This document shows, piece by piece, positions 54,808 through 64,000 of a stretch of DNA of 64,000 nucleotides. How positions within the stretch are numbered: position 1 is the stretch's first letter; each line of letters begins with the position of its first letter. The position numbers and the translations under genes are program-made. The notes beneath the pieces are model-generated. The model had not been told where the DNA came from. It searched no databases and saw only the letters and a program-made list of their open reading frames with translations. The DNA comes from an uncultured Candidatus Saccharibacteria bacterium (lineage in GTDB: Bacteria > Patescibacteriota > Minisyncoccia > HO2-45-28), in assembly GCA_964574495.1 (NCBI GenBank), contig CAZNNT010000001.1, forward strand, positions 5,194 through 69,193, in the 5' to 3' direction.

Positions 54808-56419
54808 AAGACCTCAAAGCACTATGCGAAACAATATGGGCATTTGCCATTAACGTCAAAGTCGGGCCTTTCGCGGGCATATACCGGAAACCCGACCCGT
54901 CGGCGACATAAACATTCTGCGCGCCGTTCAATTTTCCGTCCGCGGATAAAGTGAGCGGCTTGCCGGCGTCATCAAACGGCAAAGTTCCTCCGTAATGGAT
55001 GCTTGATCCGTAGCCGGGATCTATTCGCTTAACCGGATAGCACCCCAGCCGGCGCAGGGCTCTTTTTATAACCTTTTCGCGCTCCATATTTTCCAGCATC
55101 TCGCTATCGGATAGTTCGTAATGAACAAATAATTTATCTCCCGTCGGACTGGATTCGTCTTTTATCAATTGAATATATCTGTCCGGAGAACCCTTATCGA
55201 AATGATGCAGTCCGGCTATTACCAAACTGGGGTAACCAAGTTTAAGAAGACGCAGCGTGTCGGAAAAATCAAAAGGCAATTCATTGGCCAATCGGAATAA
55301 CATCAATGAAGAATATGTGTAAAACATAACGGTGGTAATATCAAATCCATTTTTATCCTTATCGTAAAAAAGAGACAGCGGGCTATAGCTTATTTTTTTG
55401 GTCTCCGCCTCTTTCCCGAACATCCTTGGCTGAAAACAGGCATAATAATAATAACCGCCGCTAAGGATGGGGAGTTTATTTTGAATATGACCGAGAGACC
55501 GTAAAACAATGCGCGCGCTGCCCAACGCTCCGGCGGCTAATATTAATTTCTTGCAATAAAATTTTTCGTCTTTCGTCTCGTCAACTCTTCTGACCGTAAT
55601 TTCAACGCCTTCATCTTGGTCTAAAAACCGCATGGCTAAACGATCTTTGTAGTAAGAAAAATTAGGTTGCTTTCTTAAATTATCCAGCGTAATGGCCGGA
55701 CGGTACGCGGAATTTCCGTGATTGGCCCAGAAATCCATGTCGGTATATCCGGTGGATTTTCGTTCTTTCAAATCAGTCGTTAATATAGCCAGCGGAGTTC
55801 TGCCGATAAAGATTCCATCGTTGTTTAACAAAAGCCGTTTTTTTTGATAGCAGGAATAAATTCCGTTTAAAGCGGGCTCGAGGCGCGGCGCATTCTGGAT
55901 GTTTTCCAGTCCTTGAAGACAATAGGGCAGCCCATCGTCGCGCGCTCCGGAAATTCCAATCCTGTCGGCGATAACGCGGTAAGCGTCAAAAAGAAACTTT
56001 TCATTAAGACCCGTTGCTTTTATTTCCGGCTTGGAATAAACAAAACAAGCCAGACCCCAAGCTCCGCCGAGTCCCCCGTAAGCCAGCGATTCCATGGGAT
56101 GGAAATTATCCGATACGACGGGGAGCCAAGTTTCTGTTCCCCGGGAGACGAAATGCCGCGGCGGAGTAAGCTGGGGTCCGGTTTTTATTTTTCCGAAAGA
56201 TATCCCCTCAAAATTCCTGCCTAAAAAATATTCATGCTGAGTTAAATCCGATTTGCGCGCTGATACAAAATCGGTTTCGGGTATCTTACCGTCATAAGAT
56301 TTGTCGTAAAAGCCGACATCAATCATGCCGACATCAGCGCCGGCCTCCACCAAACTTTGAGCCGCCATCGCTCCGCTGGGGCCGGAACCGATAACAATAA
56401 AATCGTGATAGGTCTTCAT
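54794..56419 (-). CDS. GMC-family FAD-dependent oxidoreductase
   Basis: Start MKTYHDFIVIGSGPSGAMAAQSL is an FAD ADP-binding GxGxxG motif. The C-terminus (VYVADGSGFRYMPAKGPTLTLMANAH) resembles the GMC_oxred_C active-site region. The track ORF extends 35 codons further upstream; either start is possible. Confidence 0.65.
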   Translation of the reverse strand: MKTYHDFIVIGSGPSGAMAAQSLVEAGADVGMIDVGFYDKSYDGKIPETDFVSARKSDLTQHEYFLGRNFEGISFGKIKTGPQLTPPRHFVSRGTETWLPVVSDNFHPMESLAYGGLGGAWGLACFVYSKPEIKATGLNEKFLFDAYRVIADRIGISGARDDGLPYCLQGLENIQNAPRLEPALNGIYSCYQKKRLLLNNDGIFIGRTPLAILTTDLKERKSTGYTDMDFWANHGNSAYRPAITLDNLRKQPNFSYYKDRLAMRFLDQDEGVEITVRRVDETKDEKFYCKKLILAAGALGSARIVLRSLGHIQNKLPILSGGYYYYACFQPRMFGKEAETKKISYSPLSLFYDKDKNGFDITTVMFYTYSSLMLFRLANELPFDFSDTLRLLKLGYPSLVIAGLHHFDKGSPDRYIQLIKDESSPTGDKLFVHYELSDSEMLENMEREKVIKRALRRLGCYPVKRIDPGYGSSIHYGGTLPFDDAGKPLTLSADGKLNGAQNVYVADGSGFRYMPAKGPTLTLMANAHIVSHSALRSFGHG

Positions 56420-56826
56420 CAACTTTTTAATTGCTCCGAGCGCCGCATCAATGCCACTATGAAAAAACCCGCGATTGCCCGAAACAAAGCCCGCAGGCCA
56501 AACCAAAAAACGCTTACAATCCAAAAACCGCGCTTTTTATATATAAAAAGGTCGGAATATAAAGGGTCTGTTTCAAGAACGGCGAACATAATATATAATT
56601 TTTGCCGGATCGTATTTTTCGGCTCAATAAGAGCAAACCCCGCGTCGATATACGGCAACAAAAAAGGATGGTTCAAAACAAGGTCCCAGATTTGCCGATC
56701 GTTCCGGCCAGCCGTCACATTTAACTTTTTTAGCGCCTGATTGAAAAGATCTTTATTCATCCGGGTCGGCGCTCTGCCTATTAAATATTTGGTTATTATT
56801 TCCGCTTTTTTTTCTTGAAAATCCAT
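56419..56826 (-). CDS. Small hypothetical membrane-associated protein (135 aa)
   Basis: Hydrophilic N-terminus with 1-2 C-terminal TM helices (FWIVSVFWFGLRALFRAIAGFFIVALM). Its stop overlaps the GMC start (TGATG). Confidence 0.4.
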   Translation of the reverse strand: MDFQEKKAEIITKYLIGRAPTRMNKDLFNQALKKLNVTAGRNDRQIWDLVLNHPFLLPYIDAGFALIEPKNTIRQKLYIMFAVLETDPLYSDLFIYKKRGFWIVSVFWFGLRALFRAIAGFFIVALMRRSEQLKS

Positions 56827-56830
56827 ACAT

Positions 56831-57535
56831 TTAAAACTTCCTAAATCGATATTTCAAAAGCGTCAGTATGGCTTTAAAACCGTCTTTTAAGGATATCTTC
56901 TTTCCTTCCTCAACCCTTCTTGCTTGATACTGGATGGGAACTTCAACAATTTCAATCTTTTTCAAAGAAAGTTTCGCTGTTACTTCGGGACAAAATTCAA
57001 ATCCCCTGCACTCAAGATTTAATTTCTCCAAAACATCTTTTTTAAAGGCCTTATAGCAAGTCGCTTCATCGGTAATACGTATGTTATATAAGACATTAGC
57101 CAGTGAAGTGAGCAATTTATTGGCAAAGTAGTACGCTAATTTCATGTTTGCGGGATATTTATTTTTAAGAAAACGGGAGCCGTAGACAACTTCCGCCTTT
57201 TTTTCAATGAAAGGTTTGAGAATAGTCGGATAATCAAGCGGAGAATACTCCAGGTCCGCATCCTGAATAATGACGATATCACCCATAGCGACGGCCAAAC
57301 CGGAACGGATCGCGAAACCTTTCCCCATATTTTTTTCATGCCTGATGAGTTTTATCCGGTATTCTTTTTGAAGACCGGAAAGTATATCCCATGTGCGATC
57401 GCTTGAACCATCATCTACCGCGATAAATTCTTTTTGGATTCCTAAATTATCCAATTGCAGAGTTTCTACTTTTTTCAGCGCCTCCGAAACCGTATTCTCC
57501 TCATTAAAACACGGGATGATAATAGAAAGAATCAT
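56831..57535 (-). CDS. Family 2 glycosyltransferase (polyprenyl-phosphate glycosyltransferase, DPM1/ArnC-like)
   Basis: LSIIIPCFNEE, AVDDGSSD, VIIQDADLEY (DxD). 234 aa. Confidence 0.8.
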   Translation of the reverse strand: MILSIIIPCFNEENTVSEALKKVETLQLDNLGIQKEFIAVDDGSSDRTWDILSGLQKEYRIKLIRHEKNMGKGFAIRSGLAVAMGDIVIIQDADLEYSPLDYPTILKPFIEKKAEVVYGSRFLKNKYPANMKLAYYFANKLLTSLANVLYNIRITDEATCYKAFKKDVLEKLNLECRGFEFCPEVTAKLSLKKIEIVEVPIQYQARRVEEGKKISLKDGFKAILTLLKYRFRKF

Positions 57536-57573
57536 ATATGTTGTTTATACCCTTTATAGCAATTATATTCCGG

Positions 57574-58962
57574 TCATGTCAACAAGAATGCGGAGCGGAT
57601 ATTTTTATGAAATCTTAGATAAATTAACCGAATGCCGTCAAAAGCAAGGATTAAAATAAGCGGATAAATGGGGACACGGTACCTTTGTTGTCCCAGAGGG
57701 GAAACCATGACCGCGTATAAAAAGATAAAAAGAAGAAAAAATAAAGAAATTTTTAAGAATCCGGCGCCAAGTTTCCACCTTAAGAAAAAATTTAAAAAAG
57801 CCAGCAAACTCAGCGATAAAATCGTCAGTTTCAAAAAAATGGAAACGAGCCAAATCGGATGACTCCGAAATTCGCTCCAAGCCGAATAAAATTTTCCATT
57901 AAAAATATCTTTAATGATGTCAATATCCGTACGCGGGCCGAGCACAACGCTCCGAATGCCAAAACTTCGAGCAATACTTCCTATCGTATTGTCGTGCCAA
58001 AAAAGCCGGGGTATGCGCGTAATGTGGTAAAAAGCAAATGAAAAAGGCCTTTCTATTATGAATTTGAAACCCAAATCAGCCAATTCTTTAGCTCGATGCG
58101 GTTCAAAAAGCTGCGCGTCATAACGGACTCCGAAACGCTGTCTAGCCCGATCCCACGTATAATCATTATATTCCGGGCCATGCCCGCCCTTTAGAAACTC
58201 TTGAAAAAAGCCCACGCTTTGATAGAAAGCCGCGTATGGGTTGGACGAAAATTGAAAAACTTTCAAAGTAAAAAAATTGTAATAAAGCCATGGCGAGAGC
58301 AGCGTAAAAAAGATCAATCCGGAAGCCGCGAATTGCCGAAAGTTTCTATGCTCGCCGGCAAGAAAAACAGCCAAAAAGATAAAAAAGCCGAAAATAAAAA
58401 ATTGGGGTTTGATTAAAGCAGTCAAAGCAAGAAAAAACGAACCCCAGTAGAGATTGGGGGGCGTTTTTTCCCTTATGTAAATTCCCAGGTTGAAAAGTGA
58501 AACAATCAGGAAAAAAACAGCAAAGGCCTCGGTCATAATCGCCTTAGAAACAAAAGGAGAAGCGAGATACGGATCCAGAGCAAAAAAAACCGCGGCGAAA
58601 AATGCCGCTGTTTCAAAAAATATCTTGCGGCCTAAAATATAAATCAAAACGGCTGTAAGCGCCATGATTAAATCCTGGATAAGACCAACGTATTCCAAAG
58701 AGATGTTAAATTTGTGAAAAAACATCAGGAAAAACGGGTAAATCGGCGCTCTAAAATTGTCCGGCTCGGGGTTTTCGGCTGGCGAAGAGGACCAAATTCC
58801 TTTATCAAGAAAATTACTCGCGGTATAAAGGTAATCCTGCGCGTCCCCTGTAACGGAAATCAACGGATTGTGGTTTAAAACGAGCCCGAAACTGAATAAC
58901 AGCCGCATGATAACGGCTAAAATAAAAATAACGGCTGCTTTATGTTTCGTTTCCAGCGTCAT
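57574..58962 (-). CDS. GT-C fold glycosyltransferase (ArnT/PMT_2-like, dolichyl/undecaprenyl-phosphate-sugar dependent)
   Basis: 462 aa, about 11 TM helices, with an early extracytoplasmic loop containing an acidic motif (VTGDAQDY) as in ArnT/PMT families. The gene order GT2 then GT-C is the usual lipid-linked sugar donor and transferase pairing. Confidence 0.55.
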   Translation of the reverse strand: MTLETKHKAAVIFILAVIMRLLFSFGLVLNHNPLISVTGDAQDYLYTASNFLDKGIWSSSPAENPEPDNFRAPIYPFFLMFFHKFNISLEYVGLIQDLIMALTAVLIYILGRKIFFETAAFFAAVFFALDPYLASPFVSKAIMTEAFAVFFLIVSLFNLGIYIREKTPPNLYWGSFFLALTALIKPQFFIFGFFIFLAVFLAGEHRNFRQFAASGLIFFTLLSPWLYYNFFTLKVFQFSSNPYAAFYQSVGFFQEFLKGGHGPEYNDYTWDRARQRFGVRYDAQLFEPHRAKELADLGFKFIIERPFSFAFYHITRIPRLFWHDNTIGSIARSFGIRSVVLGPRTDIDIIKDIFNGKFYSAWSEFRSHPIWLVSIFLKLTILSLSLLAFLNFFLRWKLGAGFLKISLFFLLFIFLYAVMVSPLGQQRYRVPIYPLILILAFDGIRLIYLRFHKNIRSAFLLT

Positions 58963-60644
58963 TTATGAATTACTCTTAAAACTCCGGCGCCGTCCGGTGA
59001 AAAATCAACGGTTTCGTCTACAGAGGCGTAATCCCTCATATCCTTCATTTTCTCAAGCGTTTCTCTATACTCTCGGTCCGGCATAACCAATAGAAAATTA
59101 ACTTTCCCGGGTATGACGGAGTAAATCTTATCCATATATTCTAATAATGTTTCGGGGTCGGGAAGAAAAAGCATTATACGGTCGGCATAGAACTCGGAAA
59201 TATGGCGGTTTTCAATACTGTTGATGACAAGAATCATTGTTGAAGAATCGGATATTTTATTTAAATTTTTCAAGAAAGCAATTTTATTTCCGGCCTCGTC
59301 TCTGGAATACAGAGCATTCGGCCATTTTTTGGCGTAACTTAAACTTGTCGAAAAATTTGCCGTCCAAAAAAAGATAACGCAAAGCAGCAAAACAAAAAAC
59401 TTGAGATTGAATTGCTTTTCTTTTATTTTCTCCCACAATTTCCACGAGATAAGCGAAAGAATTAAGAGCATGGCCGGCGCCATTTGCCTGCCCTGATACC
59501 CAAAAGTTCCCGCAACCGGAAAAATTAAAGGAAAAATGAAACCGCTGACGGATAACGCGTAGAAATATTGCCATTGCTTTCTGTCCAGCAATCTTAAACG
59601 CCAGACGACATAGATTAAAACCAATAAAAGAGGCAGAGCGTAACGCGTCCGCGCGCCGCTAAAATAACCGATTGTTGAAAGGGAAGCCGCGATATTTTTT
59701 ATTATGGGGGGCAAGTGCCCCAAAACCGCCGGCGCCTCGCCGCTACGATGCAAAAAATCTCCCCAAAAATCAAGTGCCGCGCCCTTAAAACTCAGATAGC
59801 CGGAATTTTGCGTAAACTGGATAGCAAAAGCCAAAACGGGAGCCGTTGCCCAATAAAAATATTCTTTGAGATTTATTTTTCTGGTTTCTATGAAGTTCAA
59901 AATACAAAGCCATAAAAATACGAAAATTGTTGAATCAAGGGAAACGGAGGCCAGAACGAAATACAAAATCCACATCGCAATTTTTATTCTTCGCTTTGCG
60001 GTTATGCTATCGGCCGCCTTCCAATAGCAAACGCTTAAAAACAGGATTAAATTCCTGAAAAAATCGTCCAGCGGAGTATTGTTTAGAGCGTCGGCATAAC
60101 TAAGAAAATTTGATGAAATTACATAGTAAAAAACGGCGAGCAAAGCAATCCAACGGCTGCGGTTTGCCAACATATAAATGAAGCCGGCCAGAAATAAAAC
60201 CGACCCTAAGGAAAAAATAATGGATAATAATCTGAATAAAAATCTGTCTCCCAGATCCGCCAATTTTCCGAGCAGAGCGTAAGGAATAACGTAGTTTGAC
60301 GGATAGTGGTTATAGTAAAGACGGTTGCCTACCAGGCCGCCCGTAAGCGTGTCGTTGGTCAGAAACTGAAATTCCGGTTTGTCTAAAATTCTTACTTCGG
60401 GATGATAACCTTTTAATAGAAAAAACATTCTGTGGTTTAAAAATCCGTCTCTAACCCAATAACGCACTGTGAGCATCGTTTGCGCCGAACCCCAACTCCA
60501 GCCGTCCCAGCTGTCAATTTGGGTGGAACGCGAAACCAAAAAAATTATGGAGGGCAAAATAACCAAAATCGCCAGACCCGCAAAAATTAAATTATTTTTG
60601 TTTCTTAAAATTTTCATCGGAAACAGTTTATTTTTGGCATACAA
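58959..60644 (-). CDS. Large polytopic membrane protein (paralog A), probable GT-C-like glycosyltransferase of unknown family
   Basis: 561 aa, about 12 TM helices plus a C-terminal soluble domain. Clearly paralogous to 61601..63262 (WSWGSAQTMLTVRYWVRDGF / WGFGSAQTMLTARFWGRDGF; GNRLYY.HYPS.Y.IPY). Confidence 0.45.
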   Translation of the reverse strand: MYAKNKLFPMKILRNKNNLIFAGLAILVILPSIIFLVSRSTQIDSWDGWSWGSAQTMLTVRYWVRDGFLNHRMFFLLKGYHPEVRILDKPEFQFLTNDTLTGGLVGNRLYYNHYPSNYVIPYALLGKLADLGDRFLFRLLSIIFSLGSVLFLAGFIYMLANRSRWIALLAVFYYVISSNFLSYADALNNTPLDDFFRNLILFLSVCYWKAADSITAKRRIKIAMWILYFVLASVSLDSTIFVFLWLCILNFIETRKINLKEYFYWATAPVLAFAIQFTQNSGYLSFKGAALDFWGDFLHRSGEAPAVLGHLPPIIKNIAASLSTIGYFSGARTRYALPLLLVLIYVVWRLRLLDRKQWQYFYALSVSGFIFPLIFPVAGTFGYQGRQMAPAMLLILSLISWKLWEKIKEKQFNLKFFVLLLCVIFFWTANFSTSLSYAKKWPNALYSRDEAGNKIAFLKNLNKISDSSTMILVINSIENRHISEFYADRIMLFLPDPETLLEYMDKIYSVIPGKVNFLLVMPDREYRETLEKMKDMRDYASVDETVDFSPDGAGVLRVIHK

Positions 60645-61578
60645 GAAATAAATTATCGGGGGTTTCTTCTTCGTTTTCTTTCCCGATTTTATTAGCTATT
60701 ATGATATCAAAAAAACTGGCGCCCGAAAACCTCATTTGCGCCGAAATCCCGAAACGAACCAGCGCGTCAAAAATCTTCCGCGGAAGCGCGTCTCTTGCGA
60801 AGGCGTAGACCGCATTGATGACCTTTTTTGCCGCGCCGCCGTTTGGTTTAAATCTTTTTATACTGGAATTGAAAATACGGCAGAACAGGGGGTTATATAA
60901 CGCGTCTATTTTTACTTGTTGAGGCAAAAACACTTTCTCTGCGGCATTTCTTAATTCCGACAGAGTATATTCATGCTCATGCGGAGGAATGAGCCGATAT
61001 TTTTTCTCGTCTTTTGGATTTTCCGCATAAAGATTCTGGCATTTTTTCCTTTCGGGAGTGCCGATAAAAGCATACCCCTCGGGCGTTAAAATGCGTCTTA
61101 CCTCTTCCAAAAAACGCCTGCCGTCCCGCTCCTTAATATGTTCAATGACGTGAGAAGACAAAACAACATCAAAAGACGAGGAAGAAAATTGAGTGCTTGC
61201 GGCGGACTCAATATGTATAAACTGAACTCCGAATTTTCCGTAAGCGGACTTCGCGTAATCTATAACTCCTTTTGAATAATCCGCCCCGAAAATTTCCATA
61301 TCCGGGAATACCGTTTTTATGTAAGACAGCGCTCTTCCCGTGCCGCATCCAAGCTCAATTAATTTTGTTCCTCTTGGAAGACGCAGCGTCTTTAAGTAGC
61401 GTATAGCTGCCAAATATACCGGCATTACAGCGCCGTAATGCATTAACGGGGTGCGCAATTCAGAACCCGCCCCCTCTCTCGCAATGGATTGGGTAACCGG
61501 AAAAGGGGGATTCGCAATGCTCCATTGCCAATAGTCCTTTGCTTCTTCTTTTAAAGTAGAATAATGAATATCAATCAC
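60628..61578 (-). CDS. Class I SAM-dependent methyltransferase
   Basis: LIELGCGTGRALSYI (motif I), FGADYS (acidic post-I) and FDVVLSSHVIEHI (motif II/III). Confidence 0.75.
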   Translation of the reverse strand: MIDIHYSTLKEEAKDYWQWSIANPPFPVTQSIAREGAGSELRTPLMHYGAVMPVYLAAIRYLKTLRLPRGTKLIELGCGTGRALSYIKTVFPDMEIFGADYSKGVIDYAKSAYGKFGVQFIHIESAASTQFSSSSFDVVLSSHVIEHIKERDGRRFLEEVRRILTPEGYAFIGTPERKKCQNLYAENPKDEKKYRLIPPHEHEYTLSELRNAAEKVFLPQQVKIDALYNPLFCRIFNSSIKRFKPNGGAAKKVINAVYAFARDALPRKIFDALVRFGISAQMRFSGASFFDIIIANKIGKENEEETPDNLFLVCQK

Positions 61579-61600
61579 TGATTACGTAGATGATTTTTTA

Positions 61601-63262
61601 CTATTTATGAAAAACACTGAGATAAAAAATATCTTCTTGCCCATACGCGCCGTCTTTTAATGCGTAGCCGAACTGATTTTCGCGCGCATGCTCAATAATA
61701 GCATCTTTTTTATTTTTCGGCGCCACAACCAGAAATTCCCCGCCGCTGACAACGGCGCCGATTTTCGTCAAATAATCCAAAAGTTCTCCTGTGTCGTTAA
61801 AAACAAAAGCCGGCCTATCCATATAAAACTGCTCAAAAAATTCGCTCGTGCCGACTTCAAGCGATTCTTTTGTTCCCATCACGATCGTATTCGGAGCGGT
61901 AATGTTTTTGATCTCCTGCCAATAGTTTATTTTTTCTTCCGCGATGGCGCCGTTCGGCCAGTTTTTTACATAGGAAACCGTTTCTTTGGCATGGACCGCC
62001 CAGAAGACAAAAATGGCGGCGAATAAAAGAACGGCGGTTTTTGAAATATCTTTTTTGGCAAACCTTAGAATTATTTCGTAAGTGGCGTAAGAAAAAACCA
62101 AAAGAAACGCCGGAGCCATTTGCCTGCCCTGATATCCGTAAACACCAACCCCCGGAAGCAAAAAACCCAACATTAGGCCGGCCGCAAACAGAGCAACCGT
62201 CACTTTCCATTTTTTAGAATCAAAAAATTTACCGCGATAAAGCAACAACGCAAAAATGGCGACGAGCGGAAGGGCGAATCGGGCGCGCATATCGGTGAGA
62301 TACCCCACTTCGGCCAAAGACACAACGGCGTTTTTAATCACTAACGGCAACTCGTTTGCGCTGCCCATAACCTGACTTAAACGGAATATAAATGCGCCCA
62401 AAAAGTCAAGAAGCATGTTTTTAAATCCCAGATACCAGGCATTTTGCGCTATCTGCATAGCGAAAGCCAAAATTGGGGCAGAGGCCCAAAATATGTATTT
62501 TTTGAAATTTAATCTGCGTTTCGTTATATAATCCAGCGCGCAAAGCCAAAAAAATATAAAAAAGGTGGAATCATAAGAACTCAAAGCCAGAACAAAAAAC
62601 AAGAACCAAACTGTTTTATCAACCCATTTTTTCGGTTCTCCTGCCTCAATCTTAGAAACCCCGTATATGCTTAAAAACAAAATCAGCCATTTGAAAAAAT
62701 CATCCACGGGTATATTTGACAAAGAATCGGCGTAAGCCAAAAAAGTTTCCGAGGTTGAATAATAAAACGCGGCTATCGCCGGAATCCACAAATTACGGTC
62801 AAAAATCAAATATAAAAATCCCGCCAAAAATAAAACCGAAGCGAAGGAAAATAAAAGAGCTAAAAACCTGAAGAAAAATCTGTTCTCTACGCCGAATTTG
62901 GCCAAAAGGCCGTAGGGAATCAAATAACCCGAGGGGTAATGCGTATAGTAAAGCCGGTTGCCGATAAGCCCTCCCGCTTTAGTACCGTCAGCCAGAAATC
63001 TGAATTCCGGCTCATCCAAAAATTCTATTTCCGGATTATAACCTGATGGAATAAAGAAAAATTTATGCTGAATAAATCCGTCCCGTCCCCAAAAGCGGGC
63101 CGTAAGCATTGTTTGGGCCGAGCCGAATCCCCAATCGTCCCATCCCCGCTCATCGGCCGCTTTCCAAACCAAATAAATAAAGAACGGGAGTAAAATAACG
63201 CCGATTACGATTATAAATTTAGCGGTAGATGATGAAATCATCTGTTTCATAAACTTTTTCAA
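61601..63262 (-). CDS. Large polytopic membrane protein (paralog B), probable GT-C-like glycosyltransferase of unknown family
   Basis: 553 aa, with the same architecture as 58959..60644 and extended sequence similarity. Confidence 0.45.
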   Translation of the reverse strand: MKKFMKQMISSSTAKFIIVIGVILLPFFIYLVWKAADERGWDDWGFGSAQTMLTARFWGRDGFIQHKFFFIPSGYNPEIEFLDEPEFRFLADGTKAGGLIGNRLYYTHYPSGYLIPYGLLAKFGVENRFFFRFLALLFSFASVLFLAGFLYLIFDRNLWIPAIAAFYYSTSETFLAYADSLSNIPVDDFFKWLILFLSIYGVSKIEAGEPKKWVDKTVWFLFFVLALSSYDSTFFIFFWLCALDYITKRRLNFKKYIFWASAPILAFAMQIAQNAWYLGFKNMLLDFLGAFIFRLSQVMGSANELPLVIKNAVVSLAEVGYLTDMRARFALPLVAIFALLLYRGKFFDSKKWKVTVALFAAGLMLGFLLPGVGVYGYQGRQMAPAFLLVFSYATYEIILRFAKKDISKTAVLLFAAIFVFWAVHAKETVSYVKNWPNGAIAEEKINYWQEIKNITAPNTIVMGTKESLEVGTSEFFEQFYMDRPAFVFNDTGELLDYLTKIGAVVSGGEFLVVAPKNKKDAIIEHARENQFGYALKDGAYGQEDIFYLSVFHK

Positions 63263-64000
63263 ACGCGTTAACTAAATCGCTTTCTTGTCGCGTAATTTTA
63301 CCGTTTATTAAAATGTAGTCCAGACGATATTTTTTAAGTTCGGATATAATATTTTTCTTGAAGAATTCTTTATATTTATCCGGCAATTCAACAAACCTTT
63401 TCTCAAGCCCTCCGTCTTTAAAATCGGGGAAATCCTTTACATTAAAAAGCTCTTTAAAATTGGTAAATAGCCGGCTGCCGACTTCGCCCGGGTTTCGAGC
63501 GATATATTCTTCAATATTTTCCGGAGTTATTCCGTTTAAAAACAAACGCGTAAAATAGTTGTGATAAATCCGCTCTTCGGGCATAAGCGAAAACACCCAC
63601 TTGGAATCATATAAATCGCAGTGGGTAAAAGCGGGTATATAGTTATCAAAATTATCAAACTCCTTGCCCTCTCCAATCTCCAAAACAACACAACCGTTCT
63701 TTTGCGAATTCAGCCAATCAAAAAGCGAAGCATATCTCTGCAACGGAATATAACGGGAATAGGATTTATTGAGCGCGTTTAATTGCGTGTACGCGCCTAA
63801 AGACAAAGAAGAAACCGCGATAACCGACACAAAAACTTTCCAGACATACTTATTTTTCTCGCGGATAATATTGTAAAGCAGCGTCATGAAAATAACCATT
63901 GCCAAAGGTATGGTATATTGCACAAAATGATACGGCCAAATGGTTCGACCGGTCAAAATTTGCTGATTATAAGCAAGTAGGCCTCCGAAAACGAGCGCGA
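63219..64000 (-). CDS. Membrane protein with a C-terminal soluble domain, N-terminally truncated by the window edge
   Basis: The reading frame is open to the window end (…ALVFGGLLAYNQQILTGRTIWPY…). TM helix content is high near the edge. The track ORF begins at an internal Met. Confidence 0.4.
   Translation of the reverse strand, partial: ALVFGGLLAYNQQILTGRTIWPYHFVQYTIPLAMVIFMTLLYNIIREKNKYVWKVFVSVIAVSSLSLGAYTQLNALNKSYSRYIPLQRYASLFDWLNSQKNGCVVLEIGEGKEFDNFDNYIPAFTHCDLYDSKWVFSLMPEERIYHNYFTRLFLNGITPENIEEYIARNPGEVGSRLFTNFKELFNVKDFPDFKDGGLEKRFVELPDKYKEFFKKNIISELKKYRLDYILINGKITRQESDLVNAFEKVYETDDFIIYR

Noticed and set aside
56357-56740. 127-aa plus-strand ORF
   Set aside because: It is antisense to the GMC oxidoreductase start region and the small membrane protein gene, with no support.
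1-64000. Searched for rRNA genes and CRISPR arrays
   Set aside because: No rRNA-like conserved blocks were recognised and no regularly spaced 24-48-bp direct repeats.

Overview
This 64-kb window is a compact, mostly minus-strand block of cell-envelope glycan and nucleotide-sugar genes, with compositional contrast between neighbouring gene blocks. That contrast is judged by eye; no GC values were computed.

Housekeeping genes:
- a partial D-2-hydroxyacid dehydrogenase at the 5' edge
- a short-form dnaX
- a tRNA-Gln(UUG)
- a GIY-YIG nuclease ORF
- an MgtE-like channel domain, two NUDIX hydrolases, a ROK kinase and an alpha/beta hydrolase

Glycan machinery:
- A putative heptose-nucleotide pathway: GmhA isomerase, a reversed-order HldE-like nucleotidyltransferase/kinase fusion, and two further HIGH-motif nucleotidyltransferase paralogs. 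It sits next to a TPP-dependent E1 alpha/beta pair, DegT aminotransferases, SDR epimerases/dehydratases and a radical SAM enzyme.
- A complete CMP-nonulosonic acid (legionaminic/pseudaminic acid-like) cluster with PseB-like, aminotransferase, NeuC-, NeuB- and NeuA-like genes. It carries unusual tailoring genes: a PHP-ATP-grasp fusion, a PseA/WbpG-type amidotransferase with a fused HisF-HisH, and a carbamoyltransferase. A YfhO-family protein and a KpsS/KpsC-like Capsule_synth protein lie immediately downstream.
- A GDP-mannose-derived C-methyl amino sugar operon (C-methyltransferase, DegT, Gmd).
- Several GT2, GT1 and GT-C transferases, and an O-antigen-ligase-TPR protein.

Other notable elements:
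- A REP-associated HUH tyrosine transposase (RAYT-like) is flanked by near-perfect 17-bp palindromes, with a solo copy 17 kb away.
- A degenerate tRNA-like tandem repeat lies next to tRNA-Gln.
- An EamA-like membrane domain is fused to a frameshift-interrupted glycoside hydrolase.
- A small two-TM protein has a textbook sigma70 promoter, a strong SD and a strong terminator.
- Two secreted tandem-repeat surface proteins are present.

No CRISPR array or rRNA was seen.
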